Source of the DNA: an uncultured Pseudobdellovibrionaceae bacterium
Lineage (GTDB): Bacteria; Bdellovibrionota; Bdellovibrionia; Bdellovibrionales; JAGQZY01
Length of the DNA stretch: 64,000 nt
Direction: 5' to 3'
Assembly (NCBI GenBank): GCA_964579625.1
Contig: CAZOGU010000005.1
Coordinates: 1,145 to 65,144 of the forward strand
A model generated the notes under the pieces. It ran no database searches. It was not told the origin of the DNA and saw only the letters and a list, made by a program, of their open reading frames with translations. Made by a program: the position numbers and the translations under genes. Position 1 is the stretch's first letter, and each line of letters opens with the position of its first letter. Shown in pieces: positions 8,524 through 18,581 of the stretch.

Positions 8524-10087
8524 AAGGACCTGCCGTGACTGTTGGTGTTTTATCAAAATTTTCGTGCGGAGGAGGGGATTGTGTTGTCCACTCCAATGTT
8601 TTCGAGCCCCATGGATTCATCGGAGCTTTTGGGCCATTGATCACAGCCTGAACAATTGAATAAAGCGCAATCAAAAAGCCAAAACCAATCGTCCAAGATC
8701 CAATCGAAGAAATTTGGTTCAGGGATTCATACGCCGGCAAGTAATCATGATAACGTCGCGGCATTCCCATGTTTCCAAGAACGAACTGCGGAAAGAAAGT
8801 CACATTGAAGCCAATAAAAATAAAAACAAAGGACAAACGCGCAAGAGCTTCGTTGTACATCTTACCAGTCATCTTAGGGAACCAGTGATAAGCCCCGGCC
8901 ATAATTGCCATGAGCGTTCCACCCACCATCACATAGTGAAAGTGCGCCACAACAAAATAAGTGTCGTGAAAATGGATATCTGTTGCGAGTGTCGCCAAAT
9001 AAATACCCGTGATTCCACCAATCGTAAAAATAAACATAAACCCAAGAGCATAGAGCATTGGGCTGATAAATTGAATCGAACCACCATAAAGTGTTGCGAG
9101 CCAGTTAAAAAGTTTAATCGCAGTTGGTACACCCACAAGCATTGTCAACACAGAGAAGGTAATCCCGGCAATTTCTGACTGACCGCTTGTGAACATATGG
9201 TGTCCCCAAACAAGAAAGCTGATCGCCGCGATGGCAACAGAAGAGTAGGCTATCGCCGTGTAACCAAAAATGGTTTTTTTCGCATGCGTTGTGATCACTT
9301 CGCTGATCACACCCAAAGCAGGAAGAACCATGATGTACACCGCTGGATGCGAATAAAACCAGAAAAAGTGTTGGAATAAAACCGGATCCCCACCAAGCTC
9401 TGGATCAAAAATCCCGATTCCAAAAATATTTTCCATCGCCAAAAGAAGAACCGTGATTCCCAGAACAGGGGTGGCTAGCACTTGTAGAATAGCTGTTGAA
9501 TAAATCGCCCACACAAAAAGGGGAATGCGGCCCATCGTCATACCCGGAGCGCGCAATCGATGCACGGTCGCGACAAAGTTAACACCTGTTAATATCGAAG
9601 AGAAACCTGCAACAAACACAGCAAAGGCCATAAGAATGGTCGCCGGTTTGTAGCTGATACTGTAAGGGGTGTAGAACGTCCAGCCATTATCAACTCCGCC
9701 CAGTAGCATCGTCGAAGCCGCCAAAAGAAATCCCACCATTAAGCAATACCAGCTCATAAGATTTACTCGAGGAAATGCCACATCTTTCGCGCCAATCTGA
9801 AGCGGCAAAAAAAAGTTCCCTAAAATCGCGGGAATCCCAGGGATGATCACAAAAAAGACCATCATCGCCCCGTGATACGTCATAAATCGGTTGTAAAGGT
9901 CAGGAGAAAAAAGCGCTCCTGTATTAAACAATTCGAGGCGAATCAACATCGCCGCAAGTCCACCGATCAAAAAGAAAAACACCACCGAATAAAAATACAA
10001 AAGGCCGATTCTCTTATGATCAAGAGACGTCAACCACGACCACAGACCTTTTCCATGATTCAAATAACTTGTTCCTGCTCCAGCCAT
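8510..10087 (-). CDS. ctaD: cytochrome c oxidase subunit I
   Basis: 525 aa with heme-copper oxidase motifs FFWFYSHPAVYIMVLPALG and WGHHMFTSG. Confidence 0.95.
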   Translation of the reverse strand: MAGAGTSYLNHGKGLWSWLTSLDHKRIGLLYFYSVVFFFLIGGLAAMLIRLELFNTGALFSPDLYNRFMTYHGAMMVFFVIIPGIPAILGNFFLPLQIGAKDVAFPRVNLMSWYCLMVGFLLAASTMLLGGVDNGWTFYTPYSISYKPATILMAFAVFVAGFSSILTGVNFVATVHRLRAPGMTMGRIPLFVWAIYSTAILQVLATPVLGITVLLLAMENIFGIGIFDPELGGDPVLFQHFFWFYSHPAVYIMVLPALGVISEVITTHAKKTIFGYTAIAYSSVAIAAISFLVWGHHMFTSGQSEIAGITFSVLTMLVGVPTAIKLFNWLATLYGGSIQFISPMLYALGFMFIFTIGGITGIYLATLATDIHFHDTYFVVAHFHYVMVGGTLMAIMAGAYHWFPKMTGKMYNEALARLSFVFIFIGFNVTFFPQFVLGNMGMPRRYHDYLPAYESLNQISSIGSWTIGFGFLIALYSIVQAVINGPKAPMNPWGSKTLEWTTQSPPPHENFDKTPTVTAGPYEYR

Positions 10088-10097
10088 AATGTCTCCT

Positions 10098-11135
10098 CTA
10101 TTTGACAGTTTTCATAAATTCGATGATCGCCGCCACTTCTTCTTCAGTAACCATTCCCTTAAATGCTGGCATTTTTCCGGCATCATAACCCTTCGCGATC
10201 TTTTTGTTAGGGTCCCAAATAGATTCGCGAATGTAGTTTTCGTCAGCCAGTATTGAAGTGCCATCATTAAAATTTCGTGTTGAGCCGTAAAGGCCTTTCC
10301 ATGTTGGCCCCGTGCCCACTTTGCCATCCAGCGTGTGACAGCCAATGCATGCCCATTTTGCATAAGCTTGACGGCCTTTGTCGGCTAAACTTAATTCTTT
10401 ACCGCCGCCAGAAGAGTCATCACCCAAAACCCATTTGTTAAAATCTTCTTTTGAAACGACCTTAATTAAAGCCAACATTGTTGAGTGGCCCGTGCCGCAA
10501 AACTCTGTGCAAAAAACCTGATATGTTCCAAGTTGATTGGCTGTAAAACCCAAAGCCGAAAAGCGACCGGGAATCACGTCCTGTTTCACTCTGAGTGCAG
10601 GAACATAAAAGCTGTGTAAGATGGCTTTATCAGATCGATCCCCTGTATTGGTCGGATTGATCTTTGTTGATGTCATTAAAAGCTTAACAGGTGTGTCAAT
10701 GGGAACAACCATGGTCGACGGAACAACTTGTCCGTTGTCGCCAACAGAGGCCGTCACTCTGCGGCCATCTTTGTATTCAAATTCCCAGGCCCATTTCTTT
10801 CCGTAGACATTGATCTCAAGCGCGTTTTCTTTAAAATCGCGCATCTCGAGATAAACGTAAGCCCCCCAAGCAAAACACACCATAAAAATCACAAAGGGAA
10901 TAAAGCTCCAGATAAATTCAAGCGTGTGGTTGTGAGAGATGTAAGGTGTTTTGTCATTTTCGGTTTTGCGTTTGTATTTATAGAGAAAATAAATCATCCC
11001 ACCGATAAGAATCACAAATGAAATCACACTTGCGATCAACATAAAGGCGTAGAGATAGTTGACCTGTTGAGCAACCTCGGAAGCTGCGGGCGGCATGAAC
11101 GTATTCGCGTGAGCCTTAGGAACGAACCAAAACAT
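10098..11135 (-). CDS. ctaC: cytochrome c oxidase subunit II fused to a C-terminal cytochrome c domain (caa3 type)
   Basis: CuA site FCTEFCGTGHSTM and heme-c site CIGCH. ATG 11135 is preceded by AGGAG and begins MFWFVPKAHA. Confidence 0.9.
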   Translation of the reverse strand: MFWFVPKAHANTFMPPAASEVAQQVNYLYAFMLIASVISFVILIGGMIYFLYKYKRKTENDKTPYISHNHTLEFIWSFIPFVIFMVCFAWGAYVYLEMRDFKENALEINVYGKKWAWEFEYKDGRRVTASVGDNGQVVPSTMVVPIDTPVKLLMTSTKINPTNTGDRSDKAILHSFYVPALRVKQDVIPGRFSALGFTANQLGTYQVFCTEFCGTGHSTMLALIKVVSKEDFNKWVLGDDSSGGGKELSLADKGRQAYAKWACIGCHTLDGKVGTGPTWKGLYGSTRNFNDGTSILADENYIRESIWDPNKKIAKGYDAGKMPAFKGMVTEEEVAAIIEFMKTVK

Positions 11136-11140
11136 GTTGC

Positions 11141-12001
11141 TTACTCCTCTTTCATTCGTGGTTTCCAAAATAGAAACAGCCAAAAAAACAGAACAACGGC
11201 AATAGCGGCGGCCCCAACTCTCATCACATTGAATGCGTAGAAAGCGTACTGGCTCCCTTTGGGGTCATATCTATAACAGAACAGCATAACAGAATCGACA
11301 ATGTTGCCAACGAGCCCTCGAGACGCTTCGACAATCGAGAGTCGAAACGTTTTTGGATCAAAATAAACGCCGTGAAGATAGCGTGAAATTTGTCCTTCGG
11401 GGGTTAACAGCACAGCCGCCGATGCATGCGCCCACTCTTTTGCTTTATCGTCCCATTTATATTTAAATCCTATCGCATCAGCAAGGATTTTCACTGAGTT
11501 TTCATCACCCGTCAGAAAGTGAATGCCTTTTCCGTTTTCGGGAAAGTCATACTTTTGTTGATAGTTGTATTTTTTTGCTGCCGCCAAATCAGAGGTTTCT
11601 TTGGGGTCAAAACTCACTGCCAATAACTCGTAATCCTGGCCCGCCACGAGCGATAGTTGATTGAGGGTATCGAGCACGGCGTTGAGGTGCAAATTGCATA
11701 AGCTTGGGCAGTTAAAATAGACAAGACTTACGATTGTGGGACGTTGCGGCGAAATCCATTTGTCTAATAAATTTGATTTTCCATTTTCGTCGACAAATTG
11801 AGTGCTTAAACTACGTAGATTTTTGCCGAGTTGCTCCGTAATTCCAATATTTTCTATCTGTCGGGGTAAATCATTATTTAATGATTCAGTTTCAGCTGGA
11901 TCATAGGAATGTGAAAAAGGTGTGGCTCCAAAAAAAAGCCACAAAAAAACCAGCGCTCGCTTATTGAGCCGGCGCTGAAGTTTCGGCAGCAGTTGGCGCA
12001 A
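11141..12001 (-). CDS. SCO1/SenC-family copper chaperone with C-terminal TM anchor
   Basis: Thioredoxin-like CxxxC motif (YFNCPSLCNL) and a position upstream of ctaC. The start is uncertain: the track start is a TTG that overlaps the upstream small ORF by 41 nt. Confidence 0.75.
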   Translation of the reverse strand: MRQLLPKLQRRLNKRALVFLWLFFGATPFSHSYDPAETESLNNDLPRQIENIGITEQLGKNLRSLSTQFVDENGKSNLLDKWISPQRPTIVSLVYFNCPSLCNLHLNAVLDTLNQLSLVAGQDYELLAVSFDPKETSDLAAAKKYNYQQKYDFPENGKGIHFLTGDENSVKILADAIGFKYKWDDKAKEWAHASAAVLLTPEGQISRYLHGVYFDPKTFRLSIVEASRGLVGNIVDSVMLFCYRYDPKGSQYAFYAFNVMRVGAAAIAVVLFFWLFLFWKPRMKEE

Positions 12002-12161
12002 CGGGAGCTTCCTTTTGTGCTTCGGGAATTTGAATTTCTTTTAAATCAACACCCGGATGAATAAAGGCAATGTAAATAAAAAAGACCATCGTAAAGACCA
12101 TGCAAAACATAAAGGCGAGATAACCGGCGCGATTGTAGTCACCTATGCGGTACTCAGACAT
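11961..12161 (-). CDS. small single-TM protein heading the oxidase cluster
   Basis: ATG 12161 is preceded by AAGGAG. The 66-aa product MSEYRIGDYNRAGYLAFMFCMVFTMVFFIYIAF has one TM helix. I recognise no family. Confidence 0.5.
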   Translation of the reverse strand: MSEYRIGDYNRAGYLAFMFCMVFTMVFFIYIAFIHPGVDLKEIQIPEAQKEAPVAPTAAETSAPAQ

Positions 12162-12246
12162 AGCATCTCCTTGATGCTTTCTTATACTCCCCATGCCAAT
12201 TTGAAATCAAGTGGATTTCGGCAGGAACTTCGTTGATACTCGGTTT

Positions 12247-12555
12247 ATGAAATTTTTTTTCTGGCTTCTGTTTTGTGGAGCTTTACAGGCTTGTTCCACA
12301 TCATCACCTGTCGACCTACGTCGGATTTCTATTGGCGACGACAAGGGAGCCGTGTTGCATCAACTTGGCAACCCCACACGATCTTACTATAAAGAAGACA
12401 CTCAACGCTGGGTCTATAAGCTTCGCGACGATGGACCATCGATTGTCGAGAAGGAAGTTTGGTTTAAAGACGGACGCGTTGTTTACGTGGACTCCCACAA
12501 ATACAAAGCACCAGCCCCCACAAAAAAGAAAATTGAATACACACCCATTGAATAG
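12247..12555 (+). CDS. small lipoprotein, BamE/SmpA-OmlA-like
   Basis: ATG 12247 gives MKFFFWLLFCGALQAC with a lipobox. The segment ISIGDDKGAVLHQLGNPT resembles the BamE fold signature. Confidence 0.45.
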   Translation: MKFFFWLLFCGALQACSTSSPVDLRRISIGDDKGAVLHQLGNPTRSYYKEDTQRWVYKLRDDGPSIVEKEVWFKDGRVVYVDSHKYKAPAPTKKKIEYTPIE

Positions 12556-12564
12556 GTAGAAAAA

Positions 12565-14109
12565 ATGAAAGCTTACACAGAACAATTTAAATCCATCCGT
12601 TTTTCCCCAAAAGATCTTCAGTCCTCCTTGGTTGTCTTTCTTGTAGCACTCCCGCTTTGTTTGGGAATTGCTCTCGCCTCTGGAGCACCCGCCGCAAGTG
12701 GTTTGATCGCAGGCATTATTGGTGGTCTGATTGTGGGCTTTTTAAGTCCGTCTGAAGTTTCGGTTTCGGGCCCCGCCGCTGGCCTGACCGTTGTTGTGTT
12801 GGCGGGAATTCAAACCGTTGGCTCTTTTGAAACCTTTTGCGCAGTCACGGCCGTTGCCGGATTGATGCAATTGATTCTCGCAGGGGTTCGCTTTGGTTTG
12901 GTGGGAAGCCTGATTCCCTCTTCTGTAATCAAAGGGATGTTGGCTGCGATTGGAATTTTAATTATTCTTAAACAGATTCCCCATGCCATCGGCTTTGATG
13001 CTGATTACTTTGGTGATGAATCGTTTCTGCAAAATGATGGCGACAATACTTTTAGCGCCCTCACCCACGCGCTTTCATCCACCACCACAGGTGCTATTTT
13101 AATTTCTCTCTTTTCATTTTTTGTTCTTCTTTTTTGGGATCGTTTTGCTGGAAAAACACCTCTTAAAGTTTTACCGTCTGCGCTGATTGCGGTTGCACTT
13201 GCGGTTATCGCCAATGAGTTTGTTCTTCCCCTTTGGGGCCTGCAGTTAACACAAGAACATCTTGTTCAGGTGCCAGACACCTCGCTGTTTGTGTTTCGCT
13301 CACCGCTCGATGTCCTAGGGCTCTTTCAATCGAATTTTTTTGGACTGGCACTCACACTTTGTTTAATTGGATCTATCGAAACAATTCTTAGCATTGATGC
13401 CAGTGAAAAAATTGATCCACTGAAGCGCAGTGTGGATCCCACGAGAGAGTTGTTTGCTCAAGGAATTGGTAATTTTGCAAGTGGCCTCTTGGGTGGACTT
13501 CCCGTCACGGCGGTCATTGTTCGCTCCTCGGCGAATGTCACTGCTGGAGCACAAACCCGCCTCTCTGGAATTTTGCATGCGACATGGCTGCTTCTGTTTG
13601 CCCTCGCTGCCCCCGACCTTCTCAACAAGATTCCCCTTTCTGTTTTAGCCATGGTTTTGATTTTTGTGGGGTTCAAATTGACCACTCCTAAGATCTATCA
13701 CTCTTACTTAAAGCAAGGCCTCTCCCAACTGATTCCTTTTTTAGTAACTATTCTTGCTATCCTTTTAACAGACCTTCTGGTTGGCGTGCTCATCGGTTTT
13801 GTGGTTGGTTTGGTTTTTGTTTTTAAAAACAATCTTCATGCCTCTGTCCTTTTGGTCCATGATGACGACGGCCTTTATTTGCTCCGCTTTAATAAAGACA
13901 CTTCGTTCCTCAACAAACCGATCTTAAAGAAACTCTTGGCACAGGTCCCTAAAAATTCGGAACTTCTGATCGATGGTTCGCGCGCTGTGTTTATTGATAC
14001 TGACATTATCAATATGGTGGAAGATTTTGTTGAGGCCGCCCCGCAAAAAAATATCAAAGTTCAAATTCGCAAATCCAGTCTGGCTCTCTCACCCTTCTTT
14101 AAGGACTAA
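12565..14109 (+). CDS. SulP-family anion (sulfate/bicarbonate) transporter with short STAS domain
   Basis: 514 aa with the SulP N-terminus (LVALPLCLGIALASGAP) and many TM segments. The STAS-like C-terminus is LLIDGSRAVFIDTDIINMVEDF. Confidence 0.85.
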   Translation: MKAYTEQFKSIRFSPKDLQSSLVVFLVALPLCLGIALASGAPAASGLIAGIIGGLIVGFLSPSEVSVSGPAAGLTVVVLAGIQTVGSFETFCAVTAVAGLMQLILAGVRFGLVGSLIPSSVIKGMLAAIGILIILKQIPHAIGFDADYFGDESFLQNDGDNTFSALTHALSSTTTGAILISLFSFFVLLFWDRFAGKTPLKVLPSALIAVALAVIANEFVLPLWGLQLTQEHLVQVPDTSLFVFRSPLDVLGLFQSNFFGLALTLCLIGSIETILSIDASEKIDPLKRSVDPTRELFAQGIGNFASGLLGGLPVTAVIVRSSANVTAGAQTRLSGILHATWLLLFALAAPDLLNKIPLSVLAMVLIFVGFKLTTPKIYHSYLKQGLSQLIPFLVTILAILLTDLLVGVLIGFVVGLVFVFKNNLHASVLLVHDDDGLYLLRFNKDTSFLNKPILKKLLAQVPKNSELLIDGSRAVFIDTDIINMVEDFVEAAPQKNIKVQIRKSSLALSPFFKD

Positions 14110-14111
14110 GC

Positions 14112-14696
14112 ATGCCGAATATAAAAACAATTTTTTTAGAAAACAAAGCTTGGGTTCTTGAAAAACTGCAAAGCGATCCTGATTTTTTTGCTAACAATTC
14201 CAAAACACAAAACCCAAATTATTTGTGGATTGGCTGTTCGGATTCACGCATTCTCCCCAACGAAATCACTGGCACTTCCGTGGGTGATCTTTTTGTTCAT
14301 AGAAATATTGCCAATCTAATTCATGCCGATGACCTGAATTTAATGTCCGTCGTGACCTATGCTGTTCGCTATTTGCAAGTGAAGGAAGTCATTGTTTGTG
14401 GACACTACGGCTGCGGAGGTGTTCTTTCTGCGATGGGCACGCAATCTTTTGGAATTATTGATCAGTGGCTTAAAAATATTAAGGCTGTGGCTGCAAAATA
14501 TGATTCAGAACTTTCGAAAATAGAAAACACAACAAATCGCTTCAATCGACTGGTTGAACTCAATGTGATCGAACAGGTAAAACACCTGAGCGAAAGCCCT
14601 ATTTTTACAGAACTTAAAACACACAACGCGCATGTTCGCATTCACGGCTGGGTCTATGATATGAGCACCGGGTATATTAAAAATTTAAAGGCTTAA
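14112..14696 (+). CDS. beta-class carbonic anhydrase
   Basis: Zinc-ligand motifs GCSDSR and VCGHYGCGG. It starts 2 nt after the SulP stop. Confidence 0.9.
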   Translation: MPNIKTIFLENKAWVLEKLQSDPDFFANNSKTQNPNYLWIGCSDSRILPNEITGTSVGDLFVHRNIANLIHADDLNLMSVVTYAVRYLQVKEVIVCGHYGCGGVLSAMGTQSFGIIDQWLKNIKAVAAKYDSELSKIENTTNRFNRLVELNVIEQVKHLSESPIFTELKTHNAHVRIHGWVYDMSTGYIKNLKA

Positions 14697-15238
14697 TCAA
14701 CCTTTACAGCGGATTCGACTTCTTCGCGAATGTATCTTTTTTTGTCGGCTTTTCTGACCTTCACGCGCTGTTCTTTCAATTTCTTTCGCACATCTTCTTC
14801 TGTTTGAAGCTCTTTGGAGACTTTAAAGTCTTCACTCAACGTTCTCACGTACTGAGACTGCACAAGTCGTAAAAGCTCATCAAGCTTACGATCTAGTTGA
14901 ATATCAGGTTTTTGATCCTTCTTGCTTTTAATAGTGGTCTGCTTGTAAAAGCTGAGGTCAGAAAAGGTTTCTTCCTTGGGGTGTTCTTTACGAATGTGTT
15001 GGCGCACATCTTCTCGTTTCTTTTTGATATTTAAAAGCTCTTTATGAATATCGGCGATCTCACTCAGAATCTCTTCGAGAGGCTCGCCATCTGGAGTCTG
15101 TTCTTTTTTTTCTTTGAGTTCATTGAGCCGCACCTCAAACTCCATCATACTTTGACCAAATGTCTGCATTTGTTGTTTGTGAATAGCCAGCGGTTCTGCT
15201 TTAGAAAAAAAGAGAAATGCCAAAATGACTATTTTCAT
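14693..15238 (-). CDS. secreted Lys/Glu-rich coiled-coil protein
   Basis: ATG 15238 overlaps the upstream stop (ATGA). The product has signal peptide MKIVILAFLFFSKA followed by highly charged helical sequence. Confidence 0.5.
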   Translation of the reverse strand: MKIVILAFLFFSKAEPLAIHKQQMQTFGQSMMEFEVRLNELKEKKEQTPDGEPLEEILSEIADIHKELLNIKKKREDVRQHIRKEHPKEETFSDLSFYKQTTIKSKKDQKPDIQLDRKLDELLRLVQSQYVRTLSEDFKVSKELQTEEDVRKKLKEQRVKVRKADKKRYIREEVESAVKVD

Positions 15239-15873
15239 GATTCCACCTCGGGTGCGCGGTCCGCTGAACTTTGCGTGTGATGCCTTTGTCGCCACTCAAT
15301 CTGGACATCCATCTCCTGGATTCTAAGAACAATCAGCATCGCTCGCACCGGGTTTAAACTGAGGATTGCAAGCTGGCCATCGCGGATCTTGGCACGTAAA
15401 TCTTCCATCTTAAGGGCAAAGCGTTTGTCCGAAAGAGCTTGTAGTAAGTCTTTTTTGATTTCGCCAGAATCAATTCCGGAAATTAAAATATCGTATAAAT
15501 ACTCACCGTCGGCGAGATTAGAACCACCGGAAGAATCAAATTTTTGAATCCCAAGCGGATCGTTTGAGGGGCGCGTCTCACGCGCTGGTGATTCCGAAGG
15601 TTCGGCTTCGGCCTCACCCTCTTCGGACAGAGGCTCTAGAAAATTTTCGTCGTAGGTGGATTCTGCCACAACAGCTTCTTCGTTGATGTCTGCAAAAAGC
15701 GGCTCTTCGGTGTGCGATTCCTCGACAGGAGCAGCGCCTTCTTCGTATTCGACATTTTCGGGTTGATTGACGGTACCGTCGAACTCCACCATAAACACGG
15801 CCCCGCAGGAACTACAGGTGACCATGCCAAAATTGGCTTCTTGTTCTTTATTGCAATCTGGACACTGAACCAT
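15235..15873 (-). CDS. zinc-ribbon protein with acidic linker
   Basis: The N-terminal CPDC...CSSC ribbon (MVQCPDCNKEQEANFGMVTCSSCGAVF) resembles MJ0042-type fingers. It is followed by an acidic disordered region and a folded C-terminal domain. Confidence 0.55.
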   Translation of the reverse strand: MVQCPDCNKEQEANFGMVTCSSCGAVFMVEFDGTVNQPENVEYEEGAAPVEESHTEEPLFADINEEAVVAESTYDENFLEPLSEEGEAEAEPSESPARETRPSNDPLGIQKFDSSGGSNLADGEYLYDILISGIDSGEIKKDLLQALSDKRFALKMEDLRAKIRDGQLAILSLNPVRAMLIVLRIQEMDVQIEWRQRHHTQSSADRAPEVES

Positions 15874-15891
15874 CCTTGGCCCCTCCTCTGA

Positions 15892-18543
15892 CTAAAAAAG
15901 TTTTTTCTTTTTCTTGTTGGCCTTTTCGACCTGGCGACGTTGAAGTCGATTGGCTTTGTCGTCGACATCACTCGGGAACCCCTCTGTCGACAGTGTCATT
16001 TTTTGCGGTTGTTTCGGCCTGAGTGCCTCGAGAATTTCTTCTCTTCCCTCGTCAAGATCAACGGAAGCATCCGGTCTGTTTTGCTCCATGACAACCTTGA
16101 GCTTCATAAATTTTTCTACAACATCCGCGCGCACTCGCTGATTCATTTCCTCGAAGGCTTGGAATGTTTCTTTGCGATATTCCATCAAAGGATCTTTTTG
16201 GGCATAGGCTTTTAAGTTAACCGATTCGCGAATACGATCGACGCGATACAGATGCTCTTTCCAATAGTGATCCATGGCTCCCAATAAGAGGCTGCGCTGA
16301 ATGTCCTCAAAGAGATCTCCCATGATTCTTTTTTGCTCTTCGTATTTTTGTTGTATCGCTGTTTTTACTTTTTCGACCAACTCTTCGGACGAAACGCCGG
16401 CATCAAGCGGAAATTCAATTCCAAATTGTTTTTCCATAGCTACGGTTAAAGCTGGCAAATCCCACTCTTGTTTTTTAACATTTTCGTGAGCATAGAGGTC
16501 AAGAAGATCCGAAGTCACCTCTCCCATCATATCTTTGATTCGTTCTTCGAAGGCATTTGAACCCGTGCCGTCCTCTTCAAGAAGGGCTCTTCTCATCGCA
16601 TACACTTTGGTTCTCTGAAGGTTCATAACATCATCAAACTCAAGCAAGTGTTTACGGATATCAAAGTTGTGGCCTTCGACCTTGCGCTGCGCCCCCTCGA
16701 TCGAGCGGGTCACCATTCGCGCCATCATCGGCTCGTCTTCGGGAATATTAAAAAGCGGACTGTCCATGATCTTTTTAATCCGATCACCGTTAAATTTTCT
16801 CATCAGATCATCTTCGAGGGAAAGATAAAATCGCGATTCGCCGGGATCACCCTGGCGCCCCGATCTTCCGCGCAACTGATTATCAATTCGGCGAGACTCG
16901 TGTCTCTCTGTACCGATAATGTAGAGTCCGCCCGCCGCTAAGACGGCCTGCTTTTCTTTTTCACATTGGGCCTTAAATTTTTCGAGACTCTGCTTGTAGG
17001 CTTCGCTTTCCATATCCTCTTGTGCTGCACGCGCCATAAATTCGGCGTTCCCACCGAGGATGATATCCGTTCCTCGCCCTGCCATGTTGGTCGCGATGGT
17101 TACGCCACCCTCTCTGCCGGCCTGAGCAATAATCTCTGCTTCTTTTTCGTGATATTTTGCGTTTAAAACTGTGTGCTGAATGTTTTTCTTTTTGAGCTCG
17201 GAGCTCAAGAGTTCAGACTTCTCGATGCTCACCGTTCCAACGAGAACGGGCTGACCCTTTTCTTTGCGTCCAACAACATCTTTGATAATCGCCGAAAATT
17301 TTCCCTTTTCGCTCTTATACACAACATCTTCAAGGTCTTTTCTGACCATCGGACGATTGGTTGGAATGGTCGAAACACTGAGTTTATAAATCTTGCGAAA
17401 CTCTTCGGCTTCTGTATCGGCGGTTCCTGTCATGCCGGAGATTTTTTTATACATACGGAAGTAATTTTGGAAAGTGATCGAGGCGAGAGTTTGGTTTTCG
17501 TTTTTAATCTGCACGCCCTCTTTGGCCTCAACGGCCTGGTGAAGTCCATCGCTCCAGCGACGACCTTCCATGAGTCGTCCAGTAAATTCGTCAACAATAA
17601 CGATCTCACCATCTTTGATCATGTAGTCCACATCGCGCTTAAATAAATGGATGGCCTTAAGAGCCTGATAAATATGATGAAGACGATCGATGTGCTGAGG
17701 ATCGTATAAATTTTCGATACCCATAAGCTCTTCGAGTTTAGAATTTCCTTCTTCGGTCACGGCCACGGATCTGTTTTTCTCTTCGATCGTGAAATGCAAC
17801 TCGGGCTTGAGGTGCTTTACCACGCTTTGCACTTCTTGATAAATTCTCGTGTTGTCTTCGGCAGGGCCCGAAATAATGAGCGGTGTTCGTGCTTCATCAA
17901 TCAAGATGGAATCGCACTCATCGACAATGGCAAAGTTGAGATCTCTTTGCACATAATCCGATAAACGAAACTTCATGTTGTCGCGAAGATAATCAAAACC
18001 CAATTCGTTATTCGTAGCATACGTGATGTCCGAACCGTAGGCGGCCTGTCTTTGGGTGTCGTTAAGATCGTGAACGATAATCCCTGTGCTTAAACCCAGA
18101 TAGCCATAAAGTCGGCCCATCCACTCGGCATCCCGCTTGGCGAGATAATCGTTCACCGTAACAACGTGTACGCCTTTGCCGCTCAGGGCATTGAGGTACA
18201 CGGCAAGAGTGGCGACGAGGGTTTTTCCTTCACCCGTTCTCATTTCGGCAATGGAGCCGTGATGAAGAACGTGTCCACCGATGAGCTGCACGTCGTAATG
18301 ACGCATATTCAGACTTCGTCGGCTTCCTTCGCGACAAACTGCAAACGCTTCTGGTAAAAGCTGGTCGAGGGTTTCGCCCTTGGCAAAGCGCTCTTTAAAA
18401 ATGGGCGTCATCGCCTTAAGCTCCGACTCCGACATCTTCTGAAAACGGCTTTCCAGCTGATTGATTTGATTAATGATCGGCTGAATGATTTTCATCTCGC
18501 GATCATGTTTAGTTCCAATTATTTTTGTAATTAGTTTAAGCAT
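15892..18543 (-). CDS. secA: preprotein translocase ATPase SecA
   Basis: 883 aa with MRTGEGKTLVATL, DEAD-like DECDSILIDEARTPLIISG, and a basic C-terminal tail. Confidence 0.97.
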   Translation of the reverse strand: MLKLITKIIGTKHDREMKIIQPIINQINQLESRFQKMSESELKAMTPIFKERFAKGETLDQLLPEAFAVCREGSRRSLNMRHYDVQLIGGHVLHHGSIAEMRTGEGKTLVATLAVYLNALSGKGVHVVTVNDYLAKRDAEWMGRLYGYLGLSTGIIVHDLNDTQRQAAYGSDITYATNNELGFDYLRDNMKFRLSDYVQRDLNFAIVDECDSILIDEARTPLIISGPAEDNTRIYQEVQSVVKHLKPELHFTIEEKNRSVAVTEEGNSKLEELMGIENLYDPQHIDRLHHIYQALKAIHLFKRDVDYMIKDGEIVIVDEFTGRLMEGRRWSDGLHQAVEAKEGVQIKNENQTLASITFQNYFRMYKKISGMTGTADTEAEEFRKIYKLSVSTIPTNRPMVRKDLEDVVYKSEKGKFSAIIKDVVGRKEKGQPVLVGTVSIEKSELLSSELKKKNIQHTVLNAKYHEKEAEIIAQAGREGGVTIATNMAGRGTDIILGGNAEFMARAAQEDMESEAYKQSLEKFKAQCEKEKQAVLAAGGLYIIGTERHESRRIDNQLRGRSGRQGDPGESRFYLSLEDDLMRKFNGDRIKKIMDSPLFNIPEDEPMMARMVTRSIEGAQRKVEGHNFDIRKHLLEFDDVMNLQRTKVYAMRRALLEEDGTGSNAFEERIKDMMGEVTSDLLDLYAHENVKKQEWDLPALTVAMEKQFGIEFPLDAGVSSEELVEKVKTAIQQKYEEQKRIMGDLFEDIQRSLLLGAMDHYWKEHLYRVDRIRESVNLKAYAQKDPLMEYRKETFQAFEEMNQRVRADVVEKFMKLKVVMEQNRPDASVDLDEGREEILEALRPKQPQKMTLSTEGFPSDVDDKANRLQRRQVEKANKKKKKLF

Positions 18544-18581
18544 AAGCCTTCAGTCTACCTGATCCGTTATTGATAGGGTAG

